Part shown: one piece after another, positions 1 through 10,024 of the stretch
Numbering within the stretch: the first letter of the stretch is position 1
Layout of the letters: each line of letters opens with the position of its first letter
Source of the DNA: Gemmatimonadota bacterium
GTDB taxonomy: Bacteria > Blakebacterota > Blakebacteria > Blakebacterales > Blakebacteraceae
Direction: 5' to 3'
Assembly: GCA_030631625.1 (NCBI GenBank)
Contig: DAOVKT010000003.1
Span: 1-38,459, forward strand
Length of the DNA stretch: 38,459 bases
Made by a program: the position numbers and the translations under genes
The notes under the pieces: model-generated
What the model saw: only the letters and a program-made list of their open reading frames with translations
What the model was told of the DNA's origin: nothing
Database searches by the model: none

Positions 1-1
1 C

Positions 2-631
2 GAGCGCTCTGACGTCTGAGTGCCACAGACCGTACGGCGCCATCTCCAATGGCAGACTGTATAGATCGGCACGACCTACTCCCAGACCCCAGGTGGCGAC
101 CCACAGCCCGGCCACGTCGTCTTCGGCCGCATCCATTACAGGTACGATCACACCCGAAGGCCCTGCTATCCTTCCATCGGCCATGTACTGATATCCGGGT
201 CCCGCGTACAGGTTGGCCGGCAGCTCTCTTCTAACACCAGTGGGCTGAGTCCGGAGAAAAGGGTCGGGAAGAAGCCGCCGTGTGGATGGTTCCACCAGAC
301 CCACCCACCTCCGTGTATAAACTGCAAAGCCACCGCCGGTCGCCAGCGCCACACGGTCAACGGAGTTCTCCGGCAATCCGTCAGCCCGGGTCAGAGGATT
401 GCGCCACCTACCGGTCAGCCGGTCGTAAACCAAGAAACCCCCCGTTGTTCCCACACCGACGTAGCGGGGACCCGGTGCAATACTCCGTACATATCTGGTG
501 ACGGTGATCGACTCCCACTCCTCGGGTGAGTACCGCAGATCCTGCCCCGGGTGTGAGAAGCCTACCCATCCCAGAGCCCCGAGGAGCAGACCCGCACCAG
601 CCCACATCCGCCACTTTTGGGTCATCGCCAT
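2..631 (-). CDS. Secreted beta-propeller-type protein (two-component-regulator/PorZ-like propeller repeats), 3' end cut off by the window
   Basis: Not in the ORF track. Manual translation from ATG 631 is open to the edge: MAMTQKWRMWAGAGLLLGALGWVGFS (signal-like), then VGVGTTGGFLVYD, TRADGLPENSV and LWVATWGLGV blade-like motifs. It starts 2 bp after the upstream stop codon. Confidence 0.7.
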   Translation of the reverse strand, partial: MAMTQKWRMWAGAGLLLGALGWVGFSHPGQDLRYSPEEWESITVTRYVRSIAPGPRYVGVGTTGGFLVYDRLTGRWRNPLTRADGLPENSVDRVALATGGGFAVYTRRWVGLVEPSTRRLLPDPFLRTQPTGVRRELPANLYAGPGYQYMADGRIAGPSGVIVPVMDAAEDDVAGLWVATWGLGVGRADLYSLPLEMAPYGLWHSDVRAL

Positions 632-633
632 CT

Positions 634-2520
634 TCAAGGTCTCGGCAAACCCATATAGAATCGTTCCGGCAGGGGCATCGGCGCCAGGCCGAGGGCCAGC
701 ATGCCTTCGCTCCATTCGGTGTCGAGCTGGAATACCGCTCTGGACACGGCAATTCTTAGTTCCGCTGCCTGTTGGGCCGACGGGTGGGCCATTACCGATT
801 CCAGAGCCTCCAGGTACCAGATCTTCCAGGCATTTAGAATATCGTTCTCGAGCCTCCGCTCCGGGGAGCGGACCGCCAGGCTGTCAGTCTCCGCCAGGTT
901 GAGGGCCGCCTGCTCCAGTGCGACCGACAACCGCCGCCGGGCCCTCTCCTCGATCAGCTTCAGGATCCTCCTTGCAGTGTGCGTATCACCCAGTGCCATC
1001 TCATATGTGATGACTGCTACCGCAACTGTAGTTGCGGCAAGCAGTCCGGGTTCGGTCCGGTCTGGTGTATCCATGCTGGAATGATAGAACGGATCGGGGA
1101 AATTCCACAGCCGCTGGGCGGGAATGAGCAGTTCGAGGAGGAAGTCGTGGTCCGCTCCGCCCTCGTACGGGTTACTTCCAACCTTCCACATCGGCCACCG
1201 AGCCCCCGCCGGGCCTGCGACAGCTTCAGAGAGCTCGCTCAGGTAATGCCCCGCGAACGGCCAGTGCGGTGGCCTTGCGGCACCCCAGGGTGTGTGACTG
1301 TCAGGTGGACGCGTCCATAACGACGCAGGGTCGGGCACCCGCTCAACCAACAGTGCACTGCCGTCACTCTCAGTCCTACGTCCGACGATCTGCACAACAG
1401 TAGCTGAATGGAGTTCCTCCACCACCGCCGGGTAGTGTTCCGCCCACGATCTGATTCCCATGAGTGCCGCACCCCACACAAATACTATGCCCCTTCGCGG
1501 CCTCTTCAGCCTGCCATCCTCGATCGCCCTGTGAAGCGCTACCGCCGCTTCAGCCAGCACAGCAGCACCGCTGACATCGGCAGCCCCGGGTGCAGGTCCC
1601 GAGAGCGGCGCTATCAGAGCTATCCTTTCAAGCGGGATCTCCGAACCAGGTATCTCGGCTACTAGGGTCCGCAGGACCCTTCCTTCGAGGCGTGCGGCAT
1701 CGACCGTAGCCCGCACCGGGACCGAACCGCCTCCCTTCTCGATGGCGTCCTCCAGAATGGCTGCAGTCTCCGGGCTTATCTTGAACCCGAAGCCCTCAGA
1801 ACCTACCTGACCCACGGCGACCATTTCCGGATGCTCACCGGTCCCCTGCCATACGGGAGCCGACGGACTCACCACACCCAGGGCCCCCCTCTCCATCACG
1901 GCGGCCCGGTAGATGTCCAGGATCGGCTGCCGTCCATATACAACCGCCCCACTTACGTCTACACCCTCGTATTCCTGCGGATATGTCCCGTTACCCAGGT
2001 TGTAGATGCGCGCCGTAACTCCACCGGGTCCAGTGGCCTTCGAGTTGAGCGCCAGGACTGCTGGCGTGGTCCGCGTATCGGCCACTGTAAATCCCTGTAG
2101 ACCCTCCACCTCGAGTCTGGCGCTACCCGGCATCCATATATCGTAGGCCAGACTGTCGCTGATGATAAATGAATATGCCGGCGGCGCCCCTGCGGGAGGG
2201 AGGCCGTCTCCGGGATTGTGAGGCAAGTGCGCGAACCCGCCGCTTCGCAGCCTCTCGAGGATATGGTCGAGAGCCCTATCGAAACCGGGGGTTGCAGGCA
2301 GTCGGGAGATCGGTGCCAGTTCCTCCACCAGAGTCCGTGCGGCGGTCTCTTCGATCAACGGCATCAGTTCTTCAGCCGTTTTCTCACCGATTCCTCTTCC
2401 ATCACCACAGCCGCCGGCCAGGCTCGCCACCAGGATGACGAGGAGTCCTCCACCCGCCACTGGAGCGTGTCGATGGATGGCCGTTTCCGGCTTGACCGCA
2501 CAGGCTCCTGTAACGCTCAT
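634..2520 (-). CDS. M28/DUF4910-like peptidase-fold lipoprotein with a PA-like insert, probably catalytically degenerate
   Basis: Lipobox-like LLVILVASLAGGC; PA-like YEGVDVSGAVV...ERGALGVV; RTLVAEIPG, GGADH and FYHSSMDT motifs. Likely start is ATG 2520, because the 2583 start overlaps the divergent gene. Confidence 0.75.
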   Translation of the reverse strand: MSVTGACAVKPETAIHRHAPVAGGGLLVILVASLAGGCGDGRGIGEKTAEELMPLIEETAARTLVEELAPISRLPATPGFDRALDHILERLRSGGFAHLPHNPGDGLPPAGAPPAYSFIISDSLAYDIWMPGSARLEVEGLQGFTVADTRTTPAVLALNSKATGPGGVTARIYNLGNGTYPQEYEGVDVSGAVVYGRQPILDIYRAAVMERGALGVVSPSAPVWQGTGEHPEMVAVGQVGSEGFGFKISPETAAILEDAIEKGGGSVPVRATVDAARLEGRVLRTLVAEIPGSEIPLERIALIAPLSGPAPGAADVSGAAVLAEAAVALHRAIEDGRLKRPRRGIVFVWGAALMGIRSWAEHYPAVVEELHSATVVQIVGRRTESDGSALLVERVPDPASLWTRPPDSHTPWGAARPPHWPFAGHYLSELSEAVAGPAGARWPMWKVGSNPYEGGADHDFLLELLIPAQRLWNFPDPFYHSSMDTPDRTEPGLLAATTVAVAVITYEMALGDTHTARRILKLIEERARRRLSVALEQAALNLAETDSLAVRSPERRLENDILNAWKIWYLEALESVMAHPSAQQAAELRIAVSRAVFQLDTEWSEGMLALGLAPMPLPERFYMGLPRP

Positions 2521-2562
2521 TCTCTCACTGTCCTGACCCGATCCTCCCGAGAGGAGAAGATC

Positions 2563-3573
2563 CTGGAACCGCACAACACACACCTGGAATCAGGCACCCC
2601 TGATTTAGAGCGCCCGCTCTGGCCTGAATTGCCGGGTGATGAGAAGGCGGCCAGAAACCGCCGCAGCTGGCGACGGGCCACACTGCTATTTTTCCTGACC
2701 CTTCTCTCCACATTCGCGGTCGGTTCCGGCATGGTTGCTCCGTCGCCTGCCTCGACCCTCGATTTTCTGCGCGGCTGGGTCTTTGCCGTACCATTGATGG
2801 GGATACTCCTCTTCCACGAGTTCGGCCACTTCCTGCTTGCCCGCAGGCACGGCGTTGAAGTCTCCCCACCCTACTTCATCCCCTTCCCCAACCTGATTGG
2901 GACCATGGGGGCATTCATCTCGATCCGCTCCCCTATTCATAACAGACGGGTCCTGTTCGACATCGGAGCCGCAGGACCACTTGCGGGATTCATTCCCAGT
3001 GTAATAGCTCTCGCGCTGGGCTACCACTTTTCAACAACAGCCCCGATGGTCACGGACGCGATCGTTTTCGAATTCGGCGACAGTCTCCTCACGCTTGCGC
3101 TGCAGTACTTGGTGATAGGACCGGTTCCGGAGGGATTGGCGGTGTGGATCCATCCGGTCGGGTTGGCAGGATGGGTGGGGCTTTTCGTTACCATGCTCAA
3201 TCTCCTGCCCATCGGCCAGCTGGACGGTGGGCACGTGGCATATGCGCTTGCGGGCCACCGTCAATGGTTGATCGGACCCATCACCGTACTGGTACTGGTC
3301 GTCCTGGGGATGACTGTTTCCCGATGGTGGTGGTTGCTGCTTGGTTTCCTGGTGTTCGTCTATCTGGTAGTTGTTGTATCAGTCAGGTTGCTCTACGGTG
3401 TGAAGATTCCGATTTCCGGGTTGTGGAAGGGGGAAATCCTCCGCCACCCGCCGGTCCCGGACGAGGGGCCGCTCGACCCGCGGCGGCGCCTCCTGGGGTG
3501 GATATGCATCATTATAATGGTGCTATGCTTCATCCCGCTGCCGATAAAAGTCCTCAATCTCCCAGTTTCCTGA
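2563..3573 (+). CDS. Site-2 protease (M50 intramembrane zinc metalloprotease)
   Basis: HEFGH zinc motif, IGAAGPLAG, NLLPIGQLDGGH and multiple transmembrane segments. Start is uncertain: CTG 2563 after GAGGAG, or TTG 2629. Confidence 0.9.
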   Translation: MEPHNTHLESGTPDLERPLWPELPGDEKAARNRRSWRRATLLFFLTLLSTFAVGSGMVAPSPASTLDFLRGWVFAVPLMGILLFHEFGHFLLARRHGVEVSPPYFIPFPNLIGTMGAFISIRSPIHNRRVLFDIGAAGPLAGFIPSVIALALGYHFSTTAPMVTDAIVFEFGDSLLTLALQYLVIGPVPEGLAVWIHPVGLAGWVGLFVTMLNLLPIGQLDGGHVAYALAGHRQWLIGPITVLVLVVLGMTVSRWWWLLLGFLVFVYLVVVVSVRLLYGVKIPISGLWKGEILRHPPVPDEGPLDPRRRLLGWICIIIMVLCFIPLPIKVLNLPVS

Positions 3574-4534
3574 GCTCGTCGGCCAGACAGAGCAGAACCT
3601 CGTGCACATCGCCTATTATGCCGTAGTCCGCCACACCAAATATGGGGGCTTCCGGGTCTTTGTTGATCGCAACGATCACCTTTGAACGGTTCATACCGGC
3701 CAGGTGCTGCATCGCACCGGAGATTCCACATGCCACATACAGACCTGGAGCCACTGTCTTACCGGTCTGACCCACCTGCTCGCTGTGAGGTCGCCAACCT
3801 GCATCCACCACGGCCCTGGAAGCTCCCAGCGCCGCCACGAGCTGTTCGGCGACCTCCTCGAGGATCCCCCACTTTTCCGGGCCCCCCATTCCACGGCCCC
3901 CAGATACGATCCTGTCGGCTTCGGTAAGGTCGACCTTTGCCCCTTCCGCTGCCTCAACAGGCTCAGCTCTTTCCGCAGATATCTCCCCCGTCCAGGAAAC
4001 ATCAACTGTCTCCACCGCCGGGCTGTTCCCATGGCTGGTGTCCACATCAAAGCTCTTCGGACATATACTGACAACGCAGGCAGGTGTGGCCAGCCTGACG
4101 TGCTGAACGATCTTACCTGCGTATACAGGGCGGGTTGCCGTCAGCACGCCCTCCTCCAGATCGATCCCCGTGCAGGCGGCGACGTACCCCACGTCCAGAG
4201 CTGCGGCAATACGTGGCGCCAGGTCCTTGCTGGTGCTTGTGGCCGAGAGAAGGATGATCGCCGGGTCGCACGATTCAACCGCCTTCAGAACCGCCCTGAG
4301 CCATGCCGTTCCTGAATACGTCCTTAACAACTGATCGTCGGCTACGTAAACGGTGTCTACCCCGAACGGGCCGAATCCCTGAGCCTGATCGGCCACGTCC
4401 CCTCCGATCAGAAGCGCCGAACACGACGCTCCCAGTTCGTCCGCCAGCTTCCTGCCGGCGCTGGCGACTTCAGCGGTTACGCTCCGCAGCTCGCCGTCAC
4501 GTGTCTCTGCGATTATCAGAACCCCACTCGGCAT
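3554..4534 (-). CDS. etfA: Electron transfer flavoprotein subunit alpha
   Basis: [42 protein letters not shown] and [11 protein letters not shown] motifs. Confidence 0.96.
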   Translation of the reverse strand: MPSGVLIIAETRDGELRSVTAEVASAGRKLADELGASCSALLIGGDVADQAQGFGPFGVDTVYVADDQLLRTYSGTAWLRAVLKAVESCDPAIILLSATSTSKDLAPRIAAALDVGYVAACTGIDLEEGVLTATRPVYAGKIVQHVRLATPACVVSICPKSFDVDTSHGNSPAVETVDVSWTGEISAERAEPVEAAEGAKVDLTEADRIVSGGRGMGGPEKWGILEEVAEQLVAALGASRAVVDAGWRPHSEQVGQTGKTVAPGLYVACGISGAMQHLAGMNRSKVIVAINKDPEAPIFGVADYGIIGDVHEVLLCLADELRKLGD

Positions 4535-4608
4535 CTTCCGGTTCTCCTTTGATGGACCGTTTACAAACGCCTAGGAGCCTGTCGGAGAAACGCTCCTTAA
4601 ACGTCTTT

Positions 4609-5358
4609 TCAGAGTATTTTCGCCTCTTCCTCCAGCAGCCGGACCAGTTCGGGGACAGCTTCGGACCCTTTACCCACAATCCTTCCCTCAGGCCTGGTTG
4701 GTGGAAGGATCAGTTTGTCTATTTCTACTGTCGCTTCGCCCTGATCGAGCTCAATTACCGCTATTTCCTTCTTCTTTGCCGCCATTATTCCCTTCAGTGA
4801 TGCGTACCGCGGTTCGTTCAACCCCTTCTGAGCTGTGATAACGGCTGGTAGATCGGCACTCACGGATTGCTTCCCCCCCTCCACCTCCCTGGTGATCGTC
4901 ACCACGCCATCTGTCACTTCCAGGCTCACCACTTCTGTCAGGCAGGGTAGATCTAGCAGTGTGGCCAGCATTGGTCCCTGCGCCTGGGTGTCGTCATCCA
5001 CCGACTGCTTCCCGGTAAGGATGAGATCGTAAGGGCGCTCCTGGAGTGCGGCGGCGTAGAGGTTGGCCTGCTGAAGAGGGTCATCGACCGGCTCAGAGGT
5101 CATGATATGAACCGCATCATCGCACCCCAGGGCCAGACAGTTCCGTAGCGCCTGCGAAACCCGGTCGGGGCCGATTCCAACCGCAGTAACCGTCCCCTCT
5201 CCAGCTTCCTTCAGCTGCAACGCGGCTTCGACAGCATACTCGTCGTAGGGATTGACGACATACGTGACATCCTGCTCGTCAATGTGCTTCTCATCAGAAC
5301 CTATCTTGACCCGCGCCGCTGTATCCGGTACCTGGGAAATGCAAACCACCAGATTCAT
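4609..5358 (-). CDS. etfB: Electron transfer flavoprotein subunit beta
   Basis: VVCISQVPDT, NPYDEYAVEAAL, GKQSVDDD and NEPRYASLKGIMAAKKK motifs; adjacent to etfA. Confidence 0.96.
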   Translation of the reverse strand: MNLVVCISQVPDTAARVKIGSDEKHIDEQDVTYVVNPYDEYAVEAALQLKEAGEGTVTAVGIGPDRVSQALRNCLALGCDDAVHIMTSEPVDDPLQQANLYAAALQERPYDLILTGKQSVDDDTQAQGPMLATLLDLPCLTEVVSLEVTDGVVTITREVEGGKQSVSADLPAVITAQKGLNEPRYASLKGIMAAKKKEIAVIELDQGEATVEIDKLILPPTRPEGRIVGKGSEAVPELVRLLEEEAKIL

Positions 5359-5507
5359 CTATGTTCCTCCGCAAAGTTGTCGCCGCATCGAATCGTCCAA
5401 AAAGAACGCTGTAAACGGTACGTAACGCTTCGAGGCCTAACAAGTCTATTCGCCCCTCTGCTGCCCACGCTGGCGCATACGCCCGCGTCCGGGTATCTTC
5501 ACGTGCC

Positions 5508-6851
5508 ATGAGAAATGCACAACCGACACGTTCCATCATTATGCCGGCCATTGCTGTTACAGCTCTTGCTTTCTTCTCTACAACCACTCCTTCATTCGGC
5601 CAGGCGGCCGATGCCAGACTGAGATCCGGACTCGAGGGCCTTCCGATCCGCACCATTACTATCCACGGTCTGGAAAACATGGACGAGGATGTCGTACGCA
5701 GGCGGCTCCAACTTACTGTGGACAAGCCCTACCACGTCACAACGGCCCGACGTGACGAACGTGTAATAACAGGTCTCATGACGTTCTGGTCGGTACGTAT
5801 ACATGCTGCAGGTGTTCCTGCCGGCTCTAATCCCCAAACTGTGGAGGTGCATATCCACATCGTGGAGAGATTTGCATGGTTCGCTGCCCCTCAGATCACT
5901 TGGTCCCCTGAAGAAGAGTGGTCGTACGGCCTATATGGCGGTCATCTCAACCTAGCACGCCGCGGCCATCGACTCTACCTCTCCGGCCTCACCGGCGGCG
6001 TCCGATACCTGATGGTCAGCCTCCATAACCCGTGGAACGGTCGAAACCATGAGTCCTTCGAGATAGATGTATCCAACGTCCGTATCAGGAACAACCTCTA
6101 CGACTTAAAGGAATCTGGCGAGAGACTCAGTCTCAAGCTGGGCCGGTGGTTCGGACGAACGGGTCGGGGCCAGATTGGTCTCCTCTACAGACGCGTAGAG
6201 GGTACCTACCCTTGGTATGCTGCATTCCCCGGTTTACACTTCCACGACCGCCTGCATATGTTCTGGCTTTTTCTGGGCCGGGACACCAGCGATCCGTGGG
6301 GATATCCCAGGATCGGCCAGACAGTCGGGGTAAGGCTGGAGCAGAACGGTGGCCTTCTCGGTGGAGATCTCTCTGGTGGAGCCGTGAGGGTTAACATAAG
6401 CAGGCGAGACCGAATTTCCGGGAACTGGATATTAGCCAGCCTTGTGACCCACGACTCCAGGTGGGGTGATATTCCCTTCTGGCGATTGCTCACTTTGGGT
6501 GGTGCAAACAGCCTGCGCGGATACCCTCTGGGCAACTATCTGGTTACCCGCCGGTGGGAAATCACCGGAGAGCTGCAATGGTACGCTGTCCCGATGCATG
6601 TCGTACCTATGGGGATCCTGGGGGATCAGATCGTAGGCATCTCCCTCTCGCTTTTCGTCGACGCGGGGGCCGGCAGTGGCGTACTTCGCAGTTGGGAACC
6701 GCAGCCGTGGTCAGATCGTACACCAACCCTGGCATCGGGGGGAGTGGGTTGTTATTTCCACAACGCGCTCTTTGGTACAATACGAATCGAAATGGCGTGG
6801 CCGGAGCACGGTCCGCGCCAATTCATTTTCGGGCTCGGCACCAAGTTCTGA
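5508..6851 (+). CDS. Omp85 (BamA/TamA-family) outer-membrane protein with a single POTRA-like domain
   Basis: Signal peptide; POTRA-like IRTITIHGL...VHIHIVER; lid motif LGGANSLRGY; C-terminal FGLGTKF. Confidence 0.82.
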   Translation: MRNAQPTRSIIMPAIAVTALAFFSTTTPSFGQAADARLRSGLEGLPIRTITIHGLENMDEDVVRRRLQLTVDKPYHVTTARRDERVITGLMTFWSVRIHAAGVPAGSNPQTVEVHIHIVERFAWFAAPQITWSPEEEWSYGLYGGHLNLARRGHRLYLSGLTGGVRYLMVSLHNPWNGRNHESFEIDVSNVRIRNNLYDLKESGERLSLKLGRWFGRTGRGQIGLLYRRVEGTYPWYAAFPGLHFHDRLHMFWLFLGRDTSDPWGYPRIGQTVGVRLEQNGGLLGGDLSGGAVRVNISRRDRISGNWILASLVTHDSRWGDIPFWRLLTLGGANSLRGYPLGNYLVTRRWEITGELQWYAVPMHVVPMGILGDQIVGISLSLFVDAGAGSGVLRSWEPQPWSDRTPTLASGGVGCYFHNALFGTIRIEMAWPEHGPRQFIFGLGTKF

Positions 6852-6853
6852 TA

Positions 6854-8179
6854 TCACGCGCCGACTACCTCCGCCACCCTTCCCTCTACATCCCTCATTG
6901 CATTTCGTGTATCTACAACAAGCGAGGCCTCAGCCGCCAACAGCTCGTAATCTATATTTCTGTGATCGGTCACGATAATTACAACGTCCTGGTCACCTAC
7001 AATGCCGCTCTCCAGATCCACTGAGCTTCTCCCGGCCAATAGCGGATAATCACGTGTGGCGGGAAGGATAGGAACGAGGGGGTCGTGATATATGGTTTTC
7101 GCCCCAGCTTCTTCAAGCACAGTCATAAGCTTCAGACCGGGCGACTCACGTGTATCGCTTATATCCCGCTTGTATGCCATACCTACCAGGAGCACTTTGG
7201 CGCAACCCAGCTCAACTCCCCGCTCCTCCAGCGCCATCCTTGTTCTCTGCATTACATAATCGGGCATCGATGCATTGATTCTTCCAGCCAGCTCGATGAA
7301 CTGAGTTTTAAAATCGTATTTCGTTTTGGCCCTCCAGTCGAGATAGAAGGGATCTATCGGCAGGCAGTGCCCTCCCAGACCCGGACCTGGGTAAAAAACC
7401 TGGAATCCGAACGGCTTGGTGGCAGCCGCACCTATTACTTCCCATATATCAAGCCCCATCCTGTCTGCAAGCATCTTCATCTCATTGACAAGGGCAATGT
7501 TGACTGTACGGTAGATGTTCTCCAGCAGTTTTGCCATTTCTGCCACTTCCAGCGTTGAGACAGGCACTACCTCAGGCGTAATGAGGGAATACAGATCCAC
7601 AGCAAGCCTCAACGACTCCTTATTTAGACCTGCAACAATTTTCGGGATTTCGGTAAGCTCGTGGTCCGGGTCTCCCGGATCCACCCTCTCAGGGGAGAAG
7701 GCCACATGGAAATCCTTTCCTGCCGCCAGCCCTGACTCACTCTCCAGAATGGGAATAAGAACCTCACGTGTGGTTCCCGGATAGGTGGTGCTTTCCAGGG
7801 ACACTAATTGGCCCACCTGAAGATGCTTCCCCAGCTCTTTTGCCGTCGACTCCACAAAGGACAGGTCAGGTGTCATGTCATGTGTCAATGGTGTCGGCAC
7901 AGTTATGACAACTGCGTCAATTTTTTCAATTTCTGCCATATTGGCTGAAAGCACGGTCTTTTCGGCCAGAGCCCTACTTATCGACGTGGCAGGAATGTGC
8001 GAAAGATACGATTCTCCCCTACCCAGCAGATCGATCTTATCGGGATCTATGTCTATCCCCACCACTTCACACCCGGCGTTGCGAAATGCCAGTAGCAGGG
8101 GCAGTCCAACATAGCCCAGGCCGACTATCCCAACACTTTTTTCCTGTATCGGGGAGGAGGCTCCATCCTTATCAGCCAT
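6854..8179 (-). CDS. Nucleotide-sugar dehydrogenase (UDP-GlcNAc/ManNAc 6-dehydrogenase, WbpA/WecC-like)
   Basis: GLGYVG Rossmann motif, LESTTYPGTT, SPERVDPG, catalytic GLGGHCLPIDP and AYKRDISDTRESP. Confidence 0.93.
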   Translation of the reverse strand: MADKDGASSPIQEKSVGIVGLGYVGLPLLLAFRNAGCEVVGIDIDPDKIDLLGRGESYLSHIPATSISRALAEKTVLSANMAEIEKIDAVVITVPTPLTHDMTPDLSFVESTAKELGKHLQVGQLVSLESTTYPGTTREVLIPILESESGLAAGKDFHVAFSPERVDPGDPDHELTEIPKIVAGLNKESLRLAVDLYSLITPEVVPVSTLEVAEMAKLLENIYRTVNIALVNEMKMLADRMGLDIWEVIGAAATKPFGFQVFYPGPGLGGHCLPIDPFYLDWRAKTKYDFKTQFIELAGRINASMPDYVMQRTRMALEERGVELGCAKVLLVGMAYKRDISDTRESPGLKLMTVLEEAGAKTIYHDPLVPILPATRDYPLLAGRSSVDLESGIVGDQDVVIIVTDHRNIDYELLAAEASLVVDTRNAMRDVEGRVAEVVGA

Positions 8180-8990
8180 TTTTACTCCTCTTTTTGCTCA
8201 ATGCATAAAGTAGAATGCCACCCGCAACAGCCACATTCAGCGATTCAACCGAATCTGAGGTTGAAATGTGCACAGCACTGCCTATCGAACTTAGATCCGG
8301 GCCCACACCACGAGCTTCACTACCCAGCAGAAGCAGCCACGGTTCGGGGGGCGGCTCCCTGGGCGGTGGCGAGCCACCGTGTGCCACCGCACGAAATATT
8401 GCCCACCCACGGGCCTCCAGGACCTGCAATATAGGTTCAAGTAATATGCCTTCTGCTACATACGGCAGGTCAAGTACACTCCCTGCGGCAGCCCTGACAA
8501 CTTTGGGGTTTGTTATTTCAACCGTACCTTTTCCCATCAGGACCCCATCCAGGTCGAAAGCATCCACCGCCCTCAGCAGGCTCCCCACATTGCCGGGATC
8601 GCTCACTGAATCGAGGCAGAGTAAACGGCCGGCCCTGCATCTTTCCAGATCATCTATCAGCTGTTCTGTCTGCGGCCGGCGGACAGGTGCCCAATCTATC
8701 CAGCCAATCAGACCGGATGGCGTCTGCGTCCCTGCAATCTCATCAAGCTGCTCCTGTGATAGGGATCTTACCTTGATTCCGGCAGCTACGGCCCGCTCCA
8801 GAAGAGCGCCGATCGAAGCCCCATCTGACGCCTCAGGCGTTACAGCCAGCAGATGCACCTTCTCGGGGAACTGCAAGGTGCTGTCGAGCGCCCTTACACC
8901 CTCAATAAGGAATGCGCCCCTTCGCTCACGCACCGATTGATGAGTAAGCGCCCTGAGGGATCGTAGCTCAGTCCGACTCAGTGGCTGCAC
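8172..8990 (-). CDS. TrmH/SpoU-family RNA 2'-O-methyltransferase
   Basis: SPOUT motifs DPGNVGSLLR, LLGSEARGV and ESLNVAVAGGILLY; FLIEG in the N-domain. Likely start is GTG 8990. Confidence 0.9.
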   Translation of the reverse strand: MQPLSRTELRSLRALTHQSVRERRGAFLIEGVRALDSTLQFPEKVHLLAVTPEASDGASIGALLERAVAAGIKVRSLSQEQLDEIAGTQTPSGLIGWIDWAPVRRPQTEQLIDDLERCRAGRLLCLDSVSDPGNVGSLLRAVDAFDLDGVLMGKGTVEITNPKVVRAAAGSVLDLPYVAEGILLEPILQVLEARGWAIFRAVAHGGSPPPREPPPEPWLLLLGSEARGVGPDLSSIGSAVHISTSDSVESLNVAVAGGILLYALSKKRSKNG

Positions 8991-9486
8991 CCGTAGCAGC
9001 CTCCAGCTCTGTGGTTGGTGGGGGACGCAGGAGACGAATATACAGCATTCCACCCAGAGCCCCGAACATGGCGAAAATCGCAATTAGAAACATCGTCATA
9101 AAGAAATGTACAATAACCATCGCCATACCACTTTCTGCCAGGCCCTCGAACATCTCGATGCTCTGCTCCGGTATAGTTTCCGGCAGAACACCCTGCAGGC
9201 TGCTCAGCATGCTCTCCACCGAAGGACCGGCTACAAACCTGTAAAGTAGCTGACCAGTCGAGCTGACAAGCCCAGCAAACGCACCTGCCAGGGCGCCCAT
9301 CTTGGGAGCATCTGCATATGTTAATTGCTCCCGCTTCCTTATCAGAGCGACTGCCATCGCCCCAGCAAGCCATGCCCACAGGCAGCAGAAACAGTTCACA
9401 AGGGCCAGAATAGGCAGGCAAGATCCAAGCCCACCCGTCAGGCCTCCCCAGAAGATCCCCCTCAGTCTATTCTCGGATAGTCTCAT
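8968..9486 (-). CDS. Hypothetical four-helix membrane protein with a Cys-rich NCFCC segment
   Basis: About four hydrophobic helices; overlaps both neighbouring genes, suggesting translational coupling. Confidence 0.75.
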   Translation of the reverse strand: MRLSENRLRGIFWGGLTGGLGSCLPILALVNCFCCLWAWLAGAMAVALIRKREQLTYADAPKMGALAGAFAGLVSSTGQLLYRFVAGPSVESMLSSLQGVLPETIPEQSIEMFEGLAESGMAMVIVHFFMTMFLIAIFAMFGALGGMLYIRLLRPPPTTELEAATGAATESD

Positions 9487-10024
9487 TTCTTGCTTCCAGA
9501 AGAGCCGCGGCCACCGCTACGGCTGCTGCCAGGCCTGTAGCAGCCCTCAACAGCTCACATGTCGTCCATATGCCCAACAGGTTGGCCGCACCGTCAATTG
9601 CCATAGGTGCAATGAGTATGAAGGCTGCCTTCGGCACATGCCACCGCATCCCAGCCTTTGCGGCGAGCGCCGCGATGACCCCAACTGTACCGATACCAGC
9701 GTAAAAGCCTGTACAGCGTGCGCATACGACCAGTGTGTTACCAAACAATATTAACGACCTGTCTGGAGCCTGGTGACAGAACGGCCGGAAGGCCAGCTGG
9801 ACAGCCTCATGCATAATCGTGCCAGGTCCCGCTGCCGCAGCCATCACAATCAGAGCCGAAGGTATCAGCAGCAGGGCCCCCCAGACAATCGGCGATATAG
9901 CATCCATCCTAACCTCAGCCTCAGTTCTGGCCGGGATCGGATTGACCGCTGAGCATACTGATACGATGCTCACCTTATTTGATACCATGTATTCAAGTCT
10001 ATTGTCCCTCTCTGATAGAGTCAA
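9467..10024 (-). CDS. DUF2085-type membrane protein
   Basis: FCHQAPDRS and VCARCTGFYAG signatures; PMAIDG...LRAATG. The start may be further downstream. Confidence 0.8.
   Translation of the reverse strand: MTLSERDNRLEYMVSNKVSIVSVCSAVNPIPARTEAEVRMDAISPIVWGALLLIPSALIVMAAAAGPGTIMHEAVQLAFRPFCHQAPDRSLILFGNTLVVCARCTGFYAGIGTVGVIAALAAKAGMRWHVPKAAFILIAPMAIDGAANLLGIWTTCELLRAATGLAAAVAVAAALLEARNETIRE

Noticed and set aside
2218-2562. 115-aa N-terminal extension of the site-2 protease ORF
   Set aside because: It is largely antisense to the M28-fold gene and has no protease-like features.
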